64,000 nt of DNA from Tubulanus polymorphus. Lineage: Eukaryota > Animalia > Nemertea. Below are positions 49,701-61,200 of the stretch, one piece after another (within the stretch, counting starts at the first letter, position 1; every line of letters starts with the position of its first letter). A program made the position numbers and the translations under genes. The stretch lies in NCBI RefSeq assembly GCF_964204645.1, contig NC_134030.1, forward strand, positions 20,234,210 through 20,298,209, read 5' to 3'. Below the pieces are notes generated by a model. It was not told where the DNA came from and searched no databases. It saw only the letters and a program-made list of their open reading frames with translations.

Positions 49701-52137
49701 AGACTGCCCCATGACAAATATTTTATATACTAGACTGCCCCTAGACAAATATTTTATATACTAGACTGCCCCTAGACAAATATTTTATGCACTAGACTTC
49801 CCCTAGACAAATATTTTATGTACTAGACTGCCCCTAGACAAATATTTTATGTACTAGACTGCCCCTAGACAAATATTTTATGTACTAGACTGCCGCTAGA
49901 CAAATATTTTATGTACTAGACTGCCCCTAGACAAATATTTTATGTACTACACTGCCCCTAGACAAATATTTTATGTACTAGACTGCCCCTAGACAAATAT
50001 AGCATCTTCAGGGCCAAGCATTTAAGTAAAAGGCCAAAGAAAGGAAAAAAAGGCCTAATATGATTTCATGAAATACTACTACACACAATGTAAACTCGTT
50101 TCCAAGATTTTAAACGTCACGTATATGTCTAAGCGGAAATAAAATTACATCAAAAAATGAATACACCGAACTAAACTATAGTCGTGCTTAGATTATCCGT
50201 GTGTTTGCGGTGAGAGTAAACGAATTGAAAACCCGCGGTGCACATGCACTTTAACACAACAAAAATCGAAAACATTGACATTCGAAAATTATGTACGTAA
50301 ATTAGATGAATCAGTCTTGCTTCAGAAGCCGGGGCTTCGACTTGAGAACGGTCTGAGGCTGAACTCAATTTCAACGTTGATCGAAATGAACTCATTTTGA
50401 CTGCGTGAAACCGACTGTTAATGTCACGCCATCTAGACGGAGAGTTAACTGCATCCAGGGGCCAGTTGCTCAAAAGTTGGCTAAAGATAACTGGCCGTTA
50501 AATACCATCGTAACAATGAAATTTCAATTGTCACCATATCAACTATCCACTGGTTAACTCTAACCAACTTTTGAGCACCCGGCCCCTGGTCCGTAGCACG
50601 AGTAATACGCGAGTGGTTTCGTTTCTTATTTGACTGGAACTGAAAGGAGTCCGGGGGACTCCATCAGACAAATAAAATCTAAAATACACGTATTACGTTA
50701 AAATACTTTTAAGTGTAATACGTTTCAGCGTAATAATATAATAATATTTTCAAATAAAAAACGAGTGGAACAAAATCTTTTGGAGCGGGGATTGGATCAT
50801 TCCAACCCCCCGAACCCCTCCACACTACGGGTCTATGCGATGAATATGAGCCAGGCCAGTGACAACTTGCTTCGACTGGTCCTGGCTTAATATCATAAAC
50901 TAGCTTAACTGAAGTCTTTTTCAATATAATCACCACATAATTTCGACGATCAATGCTTTCGGGGGAAGGGTTTTCGGCATGCTGTGCGTTTTTCAAAACG
51001 GCGACGACGACGACGACCACTTACCGGATAGCGTTCGGAAAATTCCGTCGTTTTTCGCGTCGACCTTCGACCAGCCGCGGTCGTTGACGGCGAACACTCG
51101 CGCCTGGTAGTACGTGTTCGGCTTCAGGTCGGACAGCACGTACTCCTGTAAGTTCGGGTCGGCTTTGATGATCAACGGCACGAATTCCGACAACGCTTTC
51201 TCGTACTTTTCGTTTTCGTCGACTGCGACCTGAAAATGGAAATCGAATTTTTACAGGGTGCGGCCACTTTTATTAGAACTGCTTTTTCCCCCCGACTATT
51301 CGCTGACACGCGCTTTGTTTTCCCCTGACTTGACCTGCTAAGATACCATTCAATTAACACAGTCAAATATGTACGACATAGGTGGAAAGCGTTTGATCAT
51401 AAGCGCTATCAAAATATCTTAACATATTTCCCTAATTATAAGCTTTTTTCTAAAAATCCCTCTGACTTCTCGGAAGAAAATAAAATTTCCCCGAGTTTGC
51501 CCTGATTTACAGAAAAGTCGTCACACTGAATTTCTCGTCGAACTATTGGACAAGGCTATATATGCTACATCTGTTATGCATCCAACACTAGAACTGATCG
51601 GAAATTGTAGGTTAACCCTTTCAGTGCAGTGTATAAATCGGCGATGGACTTCGACCAGCTGGTACACTGAATCCCAGTGTATCGATGTTATTAGTGTTAT
51701 TAACATGTAGTTTTTATCTCATGATTAAAGATGGCAGCATCCGTCAAGAATAGTGAAATGTTAGTAACTAATGATACACTGCATCACATTGTTGACATAC
51801 TATAGTGGTAAGCATCACACTGGGGTTGAATTCTTTTAAGTTTTGAAATTATCTACAGCACTTTCAGGTATAAACTAGTCAGCGCCGTCGAAGGGGTTAA
51901 CAAACGTACCTGTCTATATTCGATCTTGTATGAATTGATCATTAATCCACCGTTTTGTGGTTTCTTCCAGCCCAATACGTGCGAATAAGGGTCGGTGCTG
52001 ACCTTCGACGAGGTTATCTCCACCGCATCGGGTTCGCCTAGAAAAAGACAACGATGATATCCAGAAACAAGGTCTCCACGATTTACTACCTCAATGTGAA
52101 AATCATCTTCACCTTCTGTCATACAATGTTCTCGGTG

Positions 52138-52169
<32 letters not shown>

Positions 52170-52170
52170 C

Positions 52171-52205
<35 letters not shown>

Positions 52206-55200
52206 GTGTTTTATACAGCGCTAGATCCAGCTTATAAAAACCGGTCAGAGCGCTTCACATAAAAGCCTCATTAAAGAGGAAATGTTTGAGTTGCCTCCTG
52301 AAGATCTCCAGGGGCCGGTTGCATAGTCATGGCTTAAGACTTAAGACCAGTCTAAGACCAACTTCGTTCTATAGCCAATCTAACAACTTAAGACCAGTCT
52401 TAAGATTTAAGACCATTTTTGGGCTTATGTCACGACTGGCCCCTGGTCTCCAGGAAGCTGATTCCATAAGGTCGGGCCATAAATGGGAAGGCCCGAGAAC
52501 CAAAAGACATTCTTTTGTATCTAGGGACTGGAGTCCTGTTGTAAAAACTAATGGAAATGTCACTTACGTATGGTGAGTGTTTTCACTTGTATGTTGCGAC
52601 CATCGCTCGTACCGACATCGTTAATGGCCATCACTTTCACCAGGTACAATGTCTCCGACTGAAGGTTCTTCAGATAAAGCGGTTCATCTGAGGAAATGAG
52701 GACAATACGTAGTTAAATCTCTCGGAAATCACTTTAAACACTGTACTGCATTTATGTGAAATTTGTAAGATAGCGAAGGATATCAGAAAACTTTAAAAAA
52801 ACTTAAGCATATAATGCGGGCAAATCTGCAGCCTGGAACCATCTGCTTCAGAAATTCATGTAAAATCTTGATGATCAGTTTTTGAAAGTGTGCTGATAAA
52901 ATGTCTAATATCTGGTGTTTGTAGTTCATTTTCAATTGGAAATGTCTCAGGTGAAGCACTGAACACATGTGAAGTGTGGACGATCAGTTTTTGAAAGTGT
53001 GCTGATAAAATGTCTAATATCTGGTATTTGGTGTTTGTAGTTCATTTTCAATTGAAAATGTCTCAGGTGAAGCCCTGAACACATGTGAAGTGTGGACGAT
53101 CAGTTTTTGAATGTGTGCTGATAAAATGTCTAATATCTGGTGTCTGTAGTTCATTTTCAATTAAAAATGTCTCAGGTGAAGCACTGAACACATGTGAAGT
53201 GTGGACGATCAGTTTTTGAAAGTGCGCTGATAAAATGTCTAATGTCTGGTGTTTGTAGTTCATTTTCAATTAAAAATGTCTCAGGTGAAGCACTGAACAC
53301 ATGTGAAGTGTGGACGATCAGTTTTTGAATGTGTGCTGATAAAATGTCTAATGTCTGATGTTTGTAGTTCATTTTCAATTAAAAATGTCTCAGGTGAAGC
53401 ACTGAACACATGTGAAGTGTGGACGATCAATCTCTTATAATACGCTGATAAAATGTCTTATGCCTGGCGTTATATGTTATTTCAAGTTATGACAAGAAAT
53501 ATGTCAGGTGCAGTCCTGCATATGTGTTAAGTCTGCTATTACTGTTGCTTTTGCTGTTGCTATTCTATTTATTCTAGAATATTCTATCCATGGAGGGCAC
53601 ACCGATCGTATTGATGAAATTTACCTAATCCGAATGATAAGGGTTGATTCCAGCCGAGCGAGTTCGCGCCTTTCTGCCAGGTCATCTGATACCCTTTGAT
53701 CGGCACTCCGCCGTCTTTTTTCGGCTTTTCGACTTTGACGAGAATCGTCGTTGGCGTCGCCTTCGCCGTGATCGATTCCGGATCCTCGGGACGATCTATT
53801 CACGAGAAAAAAAAACGCAACGTTCGTTCGTTAGAAAAATCGCACAAATTTAATTCTACGCGGGATGGCCACTTTCGCGCCCCGTTAAAAAAGTCCCCAA
53901 GTTTTCCCTGATTTTTTCATGTAATGACAGAAAACTCCGCGAGTGAATCTCTAGAAATTTCTAGATTTAACATGTTGAATTTCATTCATTTTTCAGTGAA
54001 AAAATTCGTTAAACAATTATCAGTTTCTTTCTGCCAATTCACAAATCCCCCGACGTTTTCCCTGATTTTCCCATATCGAAATTCCCCGAGTGAATGGCAG
54101 AAATTTATAGGGATGTTATAGTTCATTCAAACAGTTTCATCGAATCACATATTGATAAAGAAACAAGTGGTCAATAAACGTCATCCAAATTCCCTGAGAT
54201 TTTCCGGTTTTCTGGTGAAATTTGTCATATTCCCTCGTTTTTTCTAGATTTCTTGATATGCCGGAGTTTTTCGGGTTCTCCACCTCGGTGGCCACCCTGT
54301 GTTAGGACATCCCAAAGCTTAGTACAATGGAATTCAGTAATACAGCATCCCGGCAGTGAGACACTGTATTAATAAAGCATACAAACATACACACACTGTA
54401 TTAATACAGCATACAAACAAACACACACTGTATTAATACAGCATACAAACATACACACATACTGTATTAATACAGCATACAAACATACACACACTGTATT
54501 AATACAGCATACAAACAAACACAAACTGTATTAATACAGCATACAAACACACACTGTATTATTATAGCATAAAAAAACATACACACACTGTATTAATACA
54601 GCATACAAACATACACACACACACTGTATTAATACAGCATACACACACGCACACGACACTGTATTAATACAGCATACAAACATACACTGTATTAATACAG
54701 CATACAAACATACACACGCTGTATTAATACAGCATACATACATACACACACTGTATTAATACAGCATGCAAACAAACACAGACTGTATTAATACAGCATA
54801 CAAACAAACGCACGCTGTATTAATACAGCATGCAAACACACGCACTGTATTAATACAGCATACAAACATACACACACTGTATTAATACAGCATACAAACA
54901 AACACACGCACTGTATTAATACAGCATACAAACAAACGCACGCTGTATTAATACAGCATGCAAACATACATACACTGTATTAATACAGCATACAAACATA
55001 CACACACTGTATTAATACAGCATACAAACAAACACACGCACTGTATTAATACAGCATACAAACAAACGCACGCTGTATTAATACAGCATACAAACATACA
55101 CACACTGTATTAATACAGCATACAAACATACACACGCACTGTATTAATACAGCATACAAACAAACTGTATTAATACAGCATACAAACACACGCACACTGT

Positions 55201-58200
55201 ATTAATACAGCATGCAAACAAACACAAACTGTATTAATACAGCATACAAACACACGCACACTGTATTAATACAGCATGCAAACAAACACAAACTGTATTA
55301 ATACAGCATACAAACAAACGCACGCTGTATTAATACAGCATGCAAACACACGCACTGTATTAATACAGCATACAAACATACACACACTGTATTAATACAG
55401 CATACAAACATACACACACTGTATTAATACAGCATACAAACATACACACACTGTATTAATACAGCATACATACACACACAAACTGTATTAATATAACATA
55501 CAAACACACGCACTGTATTAATACAGCATGCAAACACACGCACTGTATTAATACAGCATACAAACATACACACACTGTATTAATACAGCATACAAACAAA
55601 CACACGCACTGTATTAATACAGCATACAAACATACACACACTGTATTAATACAGCATACAAACAAACACACGCACTGTATTAATACAGCATACAAACATA
55701 CACACACTGTATTAATACAGCATACAAACAAACACACGCACTGTATTAATACAGCATACAAACATACACACACTGTATTAATACAGCATACAAACATACA
55801 CACACTGTATTAATACAGCATACAAACAAACACACGCACTGTATTAATACAGCATACAAACATACACACACTGTATTAATACAGCATACAAACAAACACA
55901 CGCACTGTATTAATACAGCATACAAACATACACACACTGTATTAATACAGCATACAAACATACACACACTGTATTAATACAGCATACAAACATACACACA
56001 CTGTATTAATACAGCATACAAACATACACACACTGTATTAATACAGCATACAAACAAACACACACACTGTATTAATACAGCATACAAACATACACACACT
56101 GTATTAATACAGCATGCAAACACACGCACTGTATTAATACAGCATACAAACATACACACACTGTATTAATACAGCATACAAACATACACACACTGTATTA
56201 ATACAGCATACAAACATACACACACTGTATTAATACAGCATACAAACATACACACACTGTATTAATACAGCATACAAACAAACACACGCACTGTATTAAT
56301 ACAGCATACAAACATACACACACTGTATTAATACAGCATACAAACATACACACACTGTATTAATACAGCATACAAACATACACACACTGTATTAATACAG
56401 CATACATACACACACAAACTGTATTAATATAACATACAAACACACGCACTGTATTAATACAGCATGCAAACACACGCACTGTATTAATACAGCATACAAA
56501 CATACACACACTGTATTAATACAGCATACAAACAAACACACGCACTGTATTAATACAGCATACAAACATACACACACTGTATTAATACAGCATACAAACA
56601 TACACACACTGTATTAATACAGCATACAAACATACACACACTGTATTAATACAGCATACATACACACACAAACTGTATTAATATAACATACAAACACACG
56701 CACTGTATTAATACAGCATGCAAACACACGCACTGTATTAATACAGCATACAAACATACACACACTGTATTAATACAGCATACAAACAAACACACGCACT
56801 GTATTAATACAGCATACAAACATACACACACTGTATTAATACAGCATACAAACAAACACACGCACTGTATTAATACAGCATACAAACATACACACACTGT
56901 ATTAATACAGCATACAAACATACACACACTGTATTAATACAGCATACAAACATACACACACTGTATTAATACAGCATACATACACACACAAACTGTATTA
57001 ATATAACATACAAACACACGCACTGTATTAATACAGCATGCAAACACACGCACACTGTATTAATACAGCATACATACACACACAAACTGTATTAATATAA
57101 CATACAAACACATGCACTGTATTAATACAGCATGCAAACACACGCACTGTATTAATACAGCATACAAACATACACACACTGTATTAATACAGCATACAAA
57201 CAAACACACGCACTGTATTAATACAGCATACAAACATACACACACTGTATTAATACAGCATACAAACATACACACACTGTATTAATACAGCATACAAACA
57301 TACACACACTGTATTAATACAGCATACAAACATACACACACTGTATTAATACAGCATACAAACATACACACACTGTATTAATACAGCATACATACACACA
57401 CAAACGGTATTAATATAACATACAAACACACGCACTGTATTAATACAGCATGCAAACACACGCACACTGTATTAATACAGCATACATACACACACAAACT
57501 GTATTAATATAACATACAAACACATGCACTGTATTAATACAGCATGCAAACACACGCACTGTATTAATACAGCATACAAACATACACACACTGTATCTAT
57601 ACAGCATACAAATGTGCAGACACTGTATGGTTACTTACGAGCTTGTTGCAACGTGAATTTATACGTCGACGTATAGGTACGAGCTGCTAATTTATTCGAC
57701 GCGCGACATTCGTACGGTCCGAATATCCACGACTCCATACCCGGCCGGATCTTAACCTGAAATTCAAACGATTTTTACGGTGATGAAACGACTTTCCTCA
57801 ACCTCAATACCCGCCCGCCTTCCATAAATCGTATATGAATAAATTTGCAGAAATAACGTCGGCAATGACTGTACATAGCAAGTACCTGATATATATCTAT
57901 GTAGTTGTTCTCACCAAAAATGAGAGTAATTTGACATCAAAAATAGTAGATTAATCGAAAATGAACTGGGTATTATTCTTGTTTCGAGAGTATTTTGACA
58001 TTTTTCGGAGAAGTTAAACTCTTTAAGAGTAGTTCCTACTCTCCAATGGTAATAGTAGTTAGGTTTGCAGACAATATGCATGTATGACAAACCTGATATC
58101 TCTTCATTGTAGCGGTTTTCACCAAAAATTAGAATTTGACATCGAAAAAGTAAGTCTAATAGAAAATGATCTTGAATTTGAGAGTACTTTGATATTTCTA

Positions 58201-61200
58201 GTAATTGGGCGCTTAGAAAAAGCAAAAACTACTATCAAATACATAGCAGTCGTAGTTATGTCTAGCAAAGGGTAAACGTGATATCGGTTCCAAACGTTAA
58301 ATACCTGTAATATGCTGATCGTGTAGTTGAAGTTGTCGATTATTTTGAACGTGTCGTTTTTGGCGTCGGGATTCTTCGGCAGAATTTGATTGAGCCCGTG
58401 CCACCACGAAAACGAAGGCCGCGGCTCGGCGTACACCTCGCACGTGATGTTCTTCACGTGTCCCGGCCAGTGGTAGATAATAGCCGGCTGGTCTTTCACG
58501 AATTCTGGCGGATCTGAAAAAATACGTATCGGGACGTTTAACAGCGCATCGTCGCAAATTGATTAAAAAGTTAATAAAAAATTGCACCGTCCTTTTCAAG
58601 GCTAAAATCATATAATTTCAGACTGTGGAGGTCTTATTACTGATCTAGTTGATTTCGACACATTAGCACTGAGGAATTCAATACGTAATGTCTATAACTC
58701 CTCAGAACTTCAGGGACGATAACAAAATCCAAATGGTCCCTGACAAAGGGCCAGAAAAGCCCCTTTTTATCCTAGATTTACCGTGGGAAGGCCGATGTAT
58801 ACCAATGCATTGCGCTTGCAGCTCCTGCATTACCAAATCTGCCCCCAAGTAAATTCCAATTTTCTAGTCCACCCCCTCTAAGAATCTAAGCGCTATTCAG
58901 ACCAGTGGGATTGGAACCGTAGCAGCAGCACCGGCGAAAGCCTTGGCAATAATTCACTGAACGGCGTTAATTTTCTTTCTATACCAGGTTCTTGAAGAAA
59001 TTGAAGTAAATTTGCCGGCAACCCGTCAAAAAACACGACAATCGGCCGCGGCAATCAGAAAATTGCTCGTCGCGAGCTGCCGGAAATCGAACTATTCACG
59101 AACTTACATTCGACGATGATAGTTTTATTAACCCTCGTCTCTCCGCCGGCGTTACGAGCGATACACGTGTAATTGCCCGTGTCGAATCGCGACACGTTCT
59201 TGATGAACAACTCGCCGGTTTTCGACACGATCTGGATTCGTTTGTCGTTCTGAAAAACACCGAAAACAAAAAAAATAAACGATCGAGTTTAAACGAAGAA
59301 ACGCAATCTACGAATTTCAAACGCGAATGAAACTACGAAAAAGTTTCATTTCAGAAAACAATCTATAAAATCTTTTTTGCAAAAATATACACAAACCCTT
59401 TCAGTAATGACCGACGCCATTTGGATTATCACGGTGGCCACTTTCCAACAATTTACAAATTCCTCAAGCTCTCCTTGATTTTTCAATATGATTACGGGAA
59501 GCTACCCCGAGTGAAATAGAGAAATTTCTATGTTTAACCTTTTCAGTGCGTGTACACCGCGGTGCGGTGTATGAATCGGCGATGGATTTTGCTAGTACAC
59601 CACACTGCGGTGTATTGATGTAATTAGTTATTAGTTTTTATCTCTATTGAAAGATGGCAGCACCTATCAAACATAGTGAAATATTAGTAACTAACGATAC
59701 ACTGCACCCAGTGTAGACACACTTAAGTGGTATTCCCGTTATTCAACACACTAGAGCAGAATTTTTCAAAATTTTCAAATTATCTTCAGCACTATAGGGT
59801 ATTGATTAGTCAGCACTGAAAGGGTTAAAATCTCACAACTCATTTTTTCCTTGAATCACGTATTCAAGGCTTTCATAGTATGTAATCGTTCAAGTATTTG
59901 TCTTAAGTCTCTATTAGAACTTTTGTTTTTCTCAAATTTTTCAATCATCATCATTGTTAACCTATTGTATCTTATTCTTATACTCTGTATGCCTCAGTCC
60001 GTAAGGATTTTAAGTACAATAAACAGTCATTTGAATTGAATTATTCATAAAGAAACACGCATGGTCAATAGCATTATGCGAATTCAGAGTTTTCGCGGTT
60101 TTTGGTTAAATTCGTCAACCCCTCATCCGGGTCGGCCTCGCGCGAGCGTGAAGAAACTGTTCGCCACTTACCGGTTGAAATCCTTCGACGTACGGTTTCT
60201 TACTGTAGACTTTCAGGAACTCGATGGTCGCCGCTGGTTTCGCTTGCACCTCGCAATGTAGCGACACGTCCTCGCCGATCACCGGTCGTTTATCGTAGTA
60301 TCGATAGATTCTCGGCGGCTCTGAAAAAATAAAAACAATCGATTTTTCACTCGACATGTTTCGAACCTAAAATAACGAAAATGCCTCGATATAGACGAAA
60401 ATATATAGTTTGAAAATGTTTCCTCGAGCTAGTGTAGTTTATTCGACGTTTCGACTATATCCTAATAGTCATCTTCAGGAATACTGTATTCCTTGAGCTA
60501 GTGTAGTTTATTCGACGTTCCGACCATATTATCCTAATACTGACGTTCAAACTGACCAATGGACTGACTGACTAATTGACCAACCAACGGATGAACTGAC
60601 CGACTAACAACCGGACTCACCGATCAACCAACCGATGAAATCACTGACTAATGTATGCACTGACCGATAGATAAGGTCACCAACTGTCAAGACTGACGAC
60701 TGATGGATGTTCTGACCGTTCGACCGATGTATGGAATGACTGACGATCCACTGGAATGACCGACCGACCATCACATCCGACCAACGGTCCAATACTAATA
60801 TTCTACTCGCCGATTTTCTATCATTCTATAATTTTCTCTCATACTGACCTATAACGTTGATGGTTACTGTAGCGCGGGCGTGAGACAGGTCGTTCTTAGC
60901 TTCGCATATGTAATCGCCGCTGTCGCTCGATTCTAAATTCCATATCGTAAACTTGCCCTGGAATTTATCTTCCTGGCTATACTTATCGCCGATTAGTGGC
61001 GTGTCTGGCATGTTCGCCTGTAATGAGAAACGATTAATAGAGATCAGTCGGACCAATTATCATTACTAGATCATCAAAATAAAATATCATATTCAGTGAG
61101 GATTCCTCGCGATAAAATAGCCTATTCTACTTTGGGCAAGTTAGTGTTCGATGGTACATCAACTACTGCGGCAATAGAGGATTCCACTTGTGGCAAGTGA

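Noticed and set aside
54531-57275. Cys/Val-rich ORFs (MCMFVCCINTV...)
   Set aside because: Artefacts of the minisatellite
54360-57630. CRISPR-like look (palindromic repeat with variable spacers)
   Set aside because: Linkers are short, low-complexity and recurrent, there are no cas genes, and the context is a eukaryotic intron; it is a minisatellite
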